Origin: a virus | IMG/VR virus record: IMGVR_UViG_3300023179_000040 | Location: 1 to 64,000 of that record | Length of the DNA: 64,000 nt | Reading direction: 5' to 3' (one strand) | Part shown: one piece after another, positions 25,998-37,900 of the stretch | Position numbering within the stretch: position 1 is the stretch's first letter | Layout: the number at the start of each line of letters is the position of its first letter | The notes under the pieces: generated by a model | Told to the model about the DNA's origin: nothing | The model's database searches: none | What the model saw: only the letters and a program-made list of their open reading frames with translations | Translations under genes and position numbers: made by a program

Positions 25998-28900
25998 ATG
26001 GCATCAGGCTTTAATCTCACAGCCCAGTTAAATCTTAGAGGACCGTCAAATATTGGCGTGATCGTAGCCGATATTCGTAGACAGATAGGATCTATTAATG
26101 CTGCTGTTAATCTCAGATTAGATCCGAATGCTATAAGAAATACAACTCAACTTAATGCTTCTTTACAAGGTCTTAATAGAACCCTTAATCAAGTTACATC
26201 ATCAGCTTCTAATGCAGCTGCCGCTATTGGTAGATTATCTAATGCCTTGGGTAGAGTTAATGCTGGTGGAGTAGCTCAAAATTTAGGACGAGTAGCTGCA
26301 TCTACTAATACTATTGGTCAGTCAATGAGAGATGTTAGCACCCGCATAGTTGCTGCATCATCAGAAATGCAAGAGTTCGGTAAGCAATCAGGATTGGCCG
26401 TAAGACGCTTTGCAGCATTTAGTACTGTTACTGGCGTTATATATGGTTTAACTAATGCTATTAATCAAGGAGTTAAAGCTTATATAGATTATGATAGACA
26501 ATTAGTTAAATTACAACAAGTAACTGGACAATCTGCGGCCGGTTTAAAATCTCTTGAAGATACTATCACTCAATTAGCTGTTGGTTTAGGTGTTGGGTCT
26601 GCTGAATTAACACAAATTTCTAGCACATTAGCACAAGCTGGTTTGAGTGCCAAAGATACTGAAAGAGCACTTAAGGCATTAGCATTAAGTTCCTTAGCAC
26701 CATCGTTCGATAGCATGAACGAAACCGTAGAAGGCGCTATTGCGTTGATGAGACAGTTTGGTATCGGAGCCAATCAGCTAGAAAAAGCTCTTGGTTCTGT
26801 TAACTCTGTTGCTGCTAAGTTTGCTGTTGAAGCTAGCGACTTAATTACAGCTATTCAACGTACCGGTGGTGTGTTCGCCACAGCAAGTAGAGGAGTAAGC
26901 GAAGGAACAGATGCTTTAAATGAGTTCTTAGCAGTCTTTACTAGTGTTAGAGCTACTACTCGTGAAAGCGCAGAGACTATTGCTACTGGCTTGAGAACTA
27001 TTTTTACTAGAATTCAAAGAGAAGATACAATAAATGCTCTTAAATCATACGGAGTAAATCTTACAGATTTAGATGGTAAATTCGTCGGAGCATATAATGC
27101 TGTAGAATTATTAAGTAAAGGATTATCTAAACTAGATCCAAGAGATCTTAAGTTCTCTCGTATTGTTGAAGAGCTTGGCGGTTTTAGACAAATCGGTAAA
27201 GTTATTCCATTAATTCAGCAGTTCGCCACTGCTCAAGAAGCTCTTAAGGTTGCACAATCAGGTCAGGGATCATTAGCTGCCGATGCTGCTAAGGCTCAAG
27301 AGTCATTAGCTATTCAAACAGCTAAAGTTAAAGAAGAATTTTTATCGCTCTTTAGAGAAATTGGTAAAAGTGATAGTTTTCAGACCTTGGTGAAAGGAGC
27401 ATTATCTGTTACTAGTGCTTTAATTAAAACCGCAGATAGTGTCAAAGGAGTATTGCCAATATTAGGAGTTATGTTGGCATTTAAAGGAGCATCCGCTATT
27501 ACTCAATTTGGTTCTGGATTTGTTCAAGGTATTCGCGGTTCTGGTGGAGCCAGAGGATTAGGTCAGAGACTAGGTGGTGGTTCTGGTATGTCTAACGGAG
27601 GTCCGGTAAGATACTATGCTTCTGGTGGTCTTGTTCCTGGCTCCGGAGACACAGACTCAGTTTCTGCTAGACTAACTCCCGGCGAATTCGTTATAAATAA
27701 GAGAGCAGTTAAAGCTATAGGTACCAGTAATCTGAATAGAATTAATAGATATGCTGTGGGAGGACCAGTACCAATCAGACAATTGGCTAGTTCTACCAAG
27801 GGTGGATCAACAATTAAAAAATATAGAGATACTAATTCTGATATTATACAAGACATAGATCTTGTCTCTTCTGCTATAGATCGTAAAAATTTACCATTAA
27901 CAGATGCTGATAAAAAATATCTTTTTAGAGCAACGTTAGCGGATAAGGGATCGGGTAAAAGATTTAAGGGTAGTATTGCCTATTTAAATAAGAATGTTTG
28001 GGGCGATGCTTATGAAGAAATCATAGCTAAAAAGCTAGGCTCTGGTTGGCAAAAAACATCATCTATAAAAGAAATGGGTCCGTCTTATCCATTAGATCTA
28101 TATAATTCTAGTACTGGTGAATTAGCAGAAGTTAAATTTACAGATAAGCCAGTTAGTATAGCACATATTCTTAGTAAAAAATTAAGACAAAAACTTATTT
28201 CTTCTGGTAGAACTAAAAAAACAGGATGGGGATTTACTCAATCTGTTGGCGAAAATGTTAATCTTGGCAGGGCTACTGTTTATGAGCCTAGCGAAAATGA
28301 AAAAAGAGAGTTTGTGAACGCATATAAAACAGGAGCTTTGGATGCTAAGGCTTCTACAGGAGGTATCATTCGTAAGTTTGCGGATGCTGGACTAGTCAGC
28401 GCCACCGGAGGTAAACCAGTCTCGGCATCACAAATTATTAGGCTCCTAGGAGCAGAAGGAGCTGCGAAGGCTGGTAATATCAGCGCTAATGAAGTTAACA
28501 GAATCTTGCGTATCCGCAAGCCCGATGCTATAGAAGCAATGATTCAAAATAATATCCTAAAAGAATATCAAAAAACAATAAATAGAAGAGAGGGCGCTCA
28601 AAAAGCAAGAGGAACTAGATTAACATCTCAAGGCTTATTGTTTGGTGTCGCTGGTATGTTTGGATCCGCATTTCCGCCTGTTATAAAGACTATAGAATCT
28701 AATTTATTAAAATCTCCAGTTAGTGTTAAAATTATGAGCGGTATTATGAGTGAGAGTACCGCTCAATCTGTAGATGAAATGTTTGCTAGTTCTCTTAACA
28801 AGACAGCAAATAAAGCAGCTAAAAAAATTATGGTTGCTGATATTCTTGGTAAGGTTGGTTTGGGTAGAGAATTAAATTTAGATTTTGATAGAACACTAGC

Positions 28901-31900
28901 TTTTGGGGCAGATAATATTCTGTCCGATCCTAAAAAGCCAAAATTTGTTGAATTTTCAGATAGAAATAAAGTATCAGGAGCACTTAAAACAGCCAAATTA
29001 AGTTTACTAGGTAGAGAACTAGCCAGTTTAGTATCTAGTAAACCAGAATTATTAAATAATCTAAGACTTATTACCGCCAGACCAGCATCAACATTAGATC
29101 TAATTCAGTCTTGGTTGTCTAGCAAAGGATTACCAATACCACTAAGTCAGTTTAAGGGTCTTGGTGGTCCAAGCGTTTCTGGTTCTCAGATAGCCAAACT
29201 CAAAGCTGCTTTATTAAGTCCAGGGTCATTATTTGTTGATGATGATGTTAGAAATATTAAAGCCGCTCGTAGAAGATCCAAAGAAGGCATAGAATCATAT
29301 CGCTATAGCAACCGCAGAAACACAACTAATATAAATGGAGATGCAACCGCACAAGGTATTCTTTTTGAAAAAGTAATTGAAAAGCTTGGTGGGCCTTTAG
29401 CCCTTAAAGGTGGCGGATTAGATTTTCCAGAAGGACTAAAAGGTGCAGCTAAGTATTTTGGTATTCCGGCAAATATACCAACAGATGCAAAGCGTACCAT
29501 TAATGGACCATCAACAGTAGAAGATAATATTATTACCTATCTAAGAACCAAGGGCTACGCTACTGGAGGAGAGGCAAACAAGAATATTCTAGCCATGCTC
29601 ACTCCGGGCGAACTAGTATTATCTCCGGATCTCGCATCGTCTATTGGAAGATCTAAATTAGATAAACTAAATCATGCAGAAAAGTTTATAAAGAAAGCTA
29701 GTGGTGGAACTATTAGTATGGTTCCAGGTTCTGGAGACGGAGACTCTTACGGTCCTGTACCACTAGAGGTTGGTAGTTATGTTATTAGAAAGAAAGCGGC
29801 TCAAGCTCTAGGATTCAATACCGGAGGATATGTTCAAGGTTTTGCTGTTGGAGGACCAACACTATCAGCAAGACCAGCAAATCCAACAGTAGATAATGTG
29901 AGAATAGATACAAATGTAGTATCCCTGCTACAAAATGTGGGCAAAGCCTTAACTGATCTTGGATTATCGTCTAATAGTGCCGCATTATTACTTAAGAAAA
30001 ATGCAGATATAAACTATAGAGAAGCTCAAAGAGCGCTAGAAGCAGACGTTAGACGTATGAGAGTTGCTGGAGCATCAGCTCAAGAAATTTTAGATGTTGA
30101 AGCTAGATTGGCTAATGTTAGAAATTCAGCAGCTAGTAATATTGCCGCAAGACAAACATTATCAAATACATCAGGACAACAATTACAAGAAATACAGTTT
30201 AGGGCACAAAGAGAACGAGAAGATATGATTAATCGCAGAAGATCTGTTGCTAGAGCAAGAGGTCGAAGCGAAGATGAGATTAATGCTGCTATCGCAGATC
30301 CTAATTATCAACGATTTGTTAATAATAGAAGTTTTGAAACTGCAACGACCGCAGTTACAGGAGTTAGTGCTCGTACACTAAGATCACAAAATATTAGTGG
30401 GTCAGATATTGAACAAGTAGTTCGTCAGTCTATGATGGATCGCAGAACATTGGCTCAAATGGATAGGCAATACGTATCTCAAAGAAGACAGGAAATTTTT
30501 AATCAATTAAGAGCAGAAGCTGGAGTTACAGCTACTAAATCTCAAATTAGAGTATTAGCTTCTCAGGCTTTAACTATGGCCCAACAAGAAGTTAAAGAGA
30601 GAAGACAAATACTAAACCAACAGGCCGCTGCTGCTGGAGTAATAGGTCCTGGTAGAGGTGGAATATTAGGTACAGGTATTGGTATAGGTCCATGGTCAAA
30701 TGATCCTCGACAAGGAGCTATTTATAGAACATTATCTCCGATGATGGGAGGAATTACTCCACGTAATATTATGGGCGGTATCAGAAATTTTGGTTCATCA
30801 TTAGGTACTGGAAATGCTGGATTTTTCTTAAGTATGGGGATAGGCGCGGTTGCTGGACAATCTGAAAATATTTCATCATTGATGGGTGGCGATAAAAAAG
30901 CTCAAAGAGGACGAGCCGCAGCTATAGAAGGAGGCTTAAGCACCTTTGCTTCTGGACTATCATTAGCTAGTGGTGCCGCAATGATTCCTGTTGTTGGACC
31001 ATTTGTTGCCGCTGCAACTGTTGCTGGTAGTGCTTTGTTGGCGTTTAAGGACGCCACGAATGCTTCTGCAAAAGCTCTTAAAGAATATGAACAAGAGCAA
31101 AGAACCAAAAATATAGATGATATTAATGATAAAATTAATAGAGCATCTGAAACATTTCAAAAAACAGGTAATTCTAACGAGTTAATTAAACTTTCACAGC
31201 AAGCTAATGGGGCTATTAATGAAGATCTTCTTATTAAAACTAGAAATGCTGCTGAGGAAAAGGCTAAATCTCAGAGTACCTTTAGTTGGTTGATGGGAGA
31301 AAATAAACCAATTCTATCTAGTGAAGACTATAAATCTCTAGGTAAGGATGCTGCTAAACAAGCAGAGCAGTCAGCTCAGTCTGCTCGTATGATTATAGAA
31401 TCTAGAATACAAGGAGGAGCAGATCTTAATCAATACGGATTAACAGAAGAATTTGCTAAATTATCAAATATTATTGCTCAGGCCGATCCCACCTTTACAA
31501 CTTTTATAGCATCAACAAAGAATATGACTGATGCTGAAAGAGCACAAGCCATATCGGTAAAATTAGCTGAGAGAAGATTATTATTAATGAGAGATGCAGG
31601 ATTAGTAGCTACAAATAGTACTGTTATGGCATCCAAGGCGATGGAAGAAGCGAATAAAGCAGGTAGAAAACTAGCTCAAACTTTTGAAAGCATGAACAGG
31701 TCATTTTCTCAAGCTTTGGGCAGAACACAGTATGAGGCCGGTGTTAATCTGAATAATAGAGAATCTAGATCAGAAGACTTGACTGGCTCTTCTAGAATTA
31801 TGATATCATCGTCTAGAGATCTCAATATTGCTGAAAATCCATTAGCATATGATTCTGCTACTAGGGCTCAAACATATGGCCGAGTAGCTAGAGAAATTGT

Positions 31901-34900
31901 TAGACCAGATATGGCTGGATTAGATCTCGCAGAAAGAAATCGAAGAGCTAATGAAGCTAATCTAATAAGTCAAACATTAAATTTTGATACTGTTGGTGTT
32001 CGTAATCGTACTGTAGGCGCTGTTAATGCTATAAATAATGGGGGAACTACTTTTGAACAAGCTTCAGCAGCATCAAGGACCAAACTAGAACAAGAATTAG
32101 CCAATGCACCAAGCTCTATTAGAGATCAGATACTTAAAGAATTTGATGATATTATTAATAATATAGCTAAGGGAGATAGTAAAGATAAATCTAATCAAGA
32201 TAAAATTAAAATATTAGGCGAAACTCTACAGAATGATTTAGGTAAAAGTGCTATAGAGGCCAAGGACAACCTGAACCAGATGGCTCTTGAATTTTTGAAA
32301 TTTAAGGACAGTACTCTAAAACAATTTGTTGATTCTCTTAATAAGGTTGTTCAAGAACAATTAAAAGCCGCTGAAGCTATTAGACAGGCTAGATCTATAG
32401 TCATTGAATCACGGGTGGCCTTGAGAGAACTTATTAGCGGTGGATCGATAGGACTAGGAGAAAGAGCACAAATTATTAATAATAATGTAGGATCTCTAAC
32501 AGGAGGCATAACTGATCCTACTCGCATAAGACAAAATATTCAGAATCTTAGCGCAAGAAAATCAGAACTAAATAATAAATTAAATGATCCTTCTTTATCT
32601 AAGGAAGAAAGAGATAAAGCCATAGTAGAATTAGAAGGCTTAACACTATCTCTTAATAAAAATAGAACAGCATTAGATGAGTTAGCTAATAGTACAGAAT
32701 TAGCTAGTGCTGCTATGTCTCAGCTACAAAATTTACAGAAGATGCAAGCTGATAGACTACAGAATATTGATCAAATACTCACATCAACACCGCAAGAACT
32801 TAGAAAATTTAATGAGTCACTCATTAGAGTTCAACAAAGAGCAATGGGTATCGATCCTGGGCCATCACGGGAAGCTCGCAAAGCATATAACAGAACACTA
32901 AGACAAACCGGTGGAAATGTTCAAGCTGCTATGATGGCCGGTCAGGCTCAGATGGCAGAGGATAGAGGTACTGATTTAAGAAATATGGAACAGTATCGTA
33001 GTACTTGGATTTTGAATCAAATGAATGAGGCTCGTGCTCAGGGCATAGAATTAAGTCAAGAAGAAGCTAATAGAAGATTCAATGCTAATGCCGCTAATGT
33101 TAGAGGCCAAATGGCTAATGAGTCTGGTGCTGCTAATATGTATGGCCCAGGAATCAATGAAGGCATAATGGCTAGTGTTGATCCTATGAGAGACCCAGCT
33201 TTTGCCGCCACTGCTAGAGTGGCCATGGCAGCAAGTGATAATCAAGCCAGAGCCAAAGAACAGCAAGCTATTTTATTAACAACAAATGCAACAGAGGAAT
33301 TTGGTAATGCATTAAAATTACTAACAGATCAAATGCTGTTAATTAGTCAAAGATTCTCACTAATGCAACAACAGCAAGGAGCAGATTTAGGATTAGCTCC
33401 GCCTCCTGGACAAATGAGACCACCGGTCATAGTACCCCCACTGTTTCCTGCACAACGAAATCAGCCACAAAGAAAGGCTTTGGGTGGTTTGATTTATGCT
33501 GCTAATGGTCAATTTGTAGACTTTAAGCCTATGGGGACTGATACCATACCAGCAATGTTAACTCCAGGAGAATTTGTTGTTAATAGAACTGCTACCGAAA
33601 AACACTTGCCTCTATTAACCGCTATTAATGGAGGTAACGAAGTTAGGGTTGATGGTATGAGTAGCGGAGGATTAGTTTATTTGGCTAGAGGTGGTAGGCC
33701 AGGAATGAATATGATGACCAATGGAGGCAATAGGGTCGATGGGCGTGTTCCCAAGAGATTGGCCGTGCGTAGAGATTATGCTACTTTTTCTAGATTAGAT
33801 GCAGATAGTAGCGGTTATTTAACATCAACAGAGATTGATGACGAGATCTTATCAAGATTAGATGGTAATAATGACGGTAGACTCAGTACTGTAGAATTTT
33901 TTGGAGCATTACCAAATACTAGAGATAGAAGATTTTTAGGTAGAGTAGACTGGCGTAAACCTACAATTATTACTAGAGCACTAGAAGCACAAGATATTAG
34001 TTATAGAGTATTTTCTGAAAATAGATATGCTAAGTTTGCAGATAAATACAGAGACCCTAGCACCATAGAACAGGGATTGATGGTCGATCCTAGAAGACCA
34101 AAAGATCCTGATGCTGTTATTCCAAAGATCGATATACCATCATTAGTGCCTAATGATCCTAGATCCCGTATGACAATGGACATGCAGAGATCTGTAAATG
34201 GTAATCTTATTCCTATTCCCAAAACACTTAAAGAAAAAGACCCTAAATCTTTACGCAATTCATTTTATAGATTAGATGTTAATGAAGATGGCGTATTGTC
34301 TGGTACAGAATTAACCTCGTATCGTGATTTAGATACTGACTTAAATCAGCAAATTACAGAAGATGAGTGGCTAGGTGTGGGTTTTGATCCTTATGATTCA
34401 TTACAAAGGGAAAGATTTAATATTACTAATCCTTTTGGTAAAGGAATGGATGCTCGTAGAAGAGCTTTAGAGTCCGGAATGGCAGCATACGAAAGAAGCG
34501 TTGCGACCGGCGAGCCAATACGCGATAGAAAAGGAAATATTGTTTTTGACGGTACTGCTGAAAGCTTAAAGAATAAAAGAGAAGAGTTAGCAACTATAAG
34601 AGCAGCTAGAGGAGGAAAGTCTCAAACACAATTAATTCGTGAACAAAAATATAATGATCGCTTAGTTAATCAAAGACTAGGATCTTCTGGATATGCTGTT
34701 GGCAAGGCTCAAAAGCAGATAGATACAGAAAGAGAAATGTTTGAGGAAGAAAGAAAAAAAATCAGCAATGCCAATCCATTAATGACGGAAGATGAGGTGA
34801 TACAAGCTACAACGGATTCTCTTAACAAAGGCGGATATACTATTGGAGCGGATGTTAATTGGTGGAAAAATGAAAGAGGAATCACTGCTACCGCCGGTCA

Positions 34901-37900
34901 ATATGACGAAACTAGAACCTTAGAAGCTATAAAAAATAGCGATGCTCTAGCTACTAATAGCGATCCAACCGGAGCAAAGGCAAGAGCATCAATAGATGCC
35001 TATGCCGCATCACAAGGAGCCAGAGCACAAGCAGATAGAGTAAGTAGAGGTATGGGTGATGAACCTATTAGCCCTGATGCTGCTGTAGTTGGTACGCAAG
35101 GACCGGTATCGTCTTTAAACAGAGCGATAGATAATGCTGAAGTTGGTAGAGCAGTAGATACTAGAGTTAGAAGAGAAAAACAAGATCAATTAGCAGCTGA
35201 TATTCAAGCTGATGTTGCCAGATCCGCAGCTATGGACAAGAGAGATAAAGAGCTTGGTATATACACCGGAGATATCAATAGAGATATCTATGTTTCTGGT
35301 ATGGGCGATGTATCTTATCAGCCTGGAATGGGATCAAAAATATCTATCGAAGAACAAAAACAGAGAAGACGTGAAAAGGTTATTAAAGACAGATTAACAT
35401 TCACAGATAAAACTGGTAAATATTCACAATCTGGTACTATAGATAGTATTGATGCTAAGACCGGCACTGTGCGTATTGCTAAAATTGATCCAAACACCGG
35501 GGCACCAGTTACGAAAAAAGATAAAGATGGGATAGAAAATCAAGTATATACAACTATACCAATAGATCAATTAGATACAAAATCTCAAGCTAAAATCAAT
35601 AAAGCTCTAGAAAAAGATAGAGCACAGCAAGCAGCAGTGGCTAATGCTACGCTAGATAAAGCCGTTCAAGGCATTTCGATATCTGCTGAGGTGGATTTAT
35701 CATTACCATCTGAATCAACTAAAGCCAAAGCAGATGCCCTAGCTAAAGAAACTATGGAGAGAGCTAATGCTGATCAGGCTAGGTTTGATCAAAGCATTTT
35801 ACCAACATCTAAGCCATCTATCGTTATTGATCCTATTACTCGTCAGCCTAAAACTATTGATGGACAGAATATAGATGTTAAAGCTATAAGGCAAAGATTA
35901 GAACAAGATCGTCAAGATTTACAAGCCCAAATAGAAGATTGGGTTAAGAATGGACAATTTGGCGAAGGTGTGGCTCGTACACAAGATATGAATCTTACTC
36001 AAGCTAAGATTGATAGGTCACTACAAGAATTAGCAGATTTAGAAAATGCAAAATACGAATTTGATACCGCAAGAGAGGAAAAGAATCTTGCTACACAAAA
36101 AAGATATGAAGAGCTAAAGAAAAAGAGTGAAACTGGTAGAGGTCTAGCGTCAGTTAAGGAAGCAGATGAATTTGCTAGACTATCTATTGAGAGAGGAGTT
36201 GCTCCGGGAGAAATTCCTGGAGGAAGAACTGTTGTTGTTGAAAGAGCCATGAGAAGCGAAGCTTTTGCGACATCAGATAAAACTGATGCTTTTGGTCAAC
36301 CTGTTGCTGTTGGAAATATGGAAAAACAATCAACAGAGCAGTATACTAAAGATCTTGTTGAGGAGAAGAGAACTTCACAATATAGTAAATTAACATCGGA
36401 AATTTCTAATAATGCCAGTCAGTCTGTAGAAAATTTAACAGGTTCTCGTTATTTAGGTAATACCGCCGGTTTTGTAACCACACTAGGTTTAGGTATTGTA
36501 TCACCAGAAAATGTTGTAACGCAGGTTGCTACTGGAGGGTTAGGACTTATCCCAGCATTAGGTGTTGATGTGGCTAGTGCCGGAGGAGGTGCTCTAGGTG
36601 CTTATGGTGCAGGAGATTCTCAAGGAGTAATAGAAGCTGCGTTTCAAGGAGCCACTACATTAGGTATGACGGGGGCTTTTAGAGCTTTAGGCGCAGCACT
36701 ACCGTATATTCCTGCTGTTAAGATGCCTAATTTAAGTTTCCCTTATAAGTCATTTGGAAATGGCGTACAATCTTTATTAGATACCGCAGATGAGTCTCTT
36801 ATTAGGGGCATATATGGTGTTGATCCTAAAGTATATCGTAGAGCAGAAAATATAGCTGGTATCAGGGCGGATATACAGGCCGCAGCTGAAGAAGAAGCCT
36901 TCGTCAATTCTGTCACTGATTTTATGACTGGTAAAAATAGTCCAGTTGTTAGAGCGATAAAAGAGGCAGATGCAGACTTTAGATCTGCTCCAGACAGAGC
37001 AGCACAACAAAGAAAAGCATTAGATATAAAAAAACAAGAAGCAACAGCACGACTAGAGCAACAAAAAATAGATGCCCAAAAAGCTGAACAAGAATTTGTA
37101 GATAGTCAAATTACGGATATTCGTGATCGGGTTATAAGAGATGTAGAAGCTGCTAAACAAAATGGAGCCACAGCATCCGGCATAAAAGCAATTGAGTATA
37201 GAGGTAAGGTTGAATTAGAGGAAAAAGGATTATTGCCTAGAGCTGAAGAAAGACTTAATCTTGCTCAAGAAACAAGACGCAAAGCAGAAGCTGATCAAGC
37301 TATTAAAGAAATGCAAGACTCATTTAATACTACTAGCGCACCAATACCATCGAAACCATCACCTAAAAAGCCAAAGAAACTTGCTACTGGAGGTATTGTT
37401 TATGCTGCTAATGGAGCATTAATCAATGCCCAACAAAAGGGTTCAGACACAGTACCAGCCATGCTTACTCCGGGAGAATTTGTCGTTAACAGACAAGCAA
37501 CTCAACAACATTTACCAGTTCTACAAGCTATTAATAAAGGATACTATAGCAGAGGCGGAATGGTACAATATTTAGCTGATGGCGGTATTGTTGCTCCTAA
37601 GTACTATATGTTTGGTGGATTAAGTAGCGGTATGGGCTTCTTAGCTTCATCTTTCAACAAGGGTAAGGACGGAGCATTAAGTGACGTCGATCCTGCTATA
37701 ATAGCAGAATTCGGCAGGGCTGTACAGTCCCTTAAAGATACTTTTGGTTCACTAGAAAACTTTAAAGATGTTGGCGAGAATATTAAACAGGCCATGAGCA
37801 CAATGAGTCAAAATGTAGCAATGTTTGGTGAGTCTATCAACTCCATACCTCAAGAAGTTGTACACAACATGAGCGCAACAGTTATGCAGCACGTTATGGG

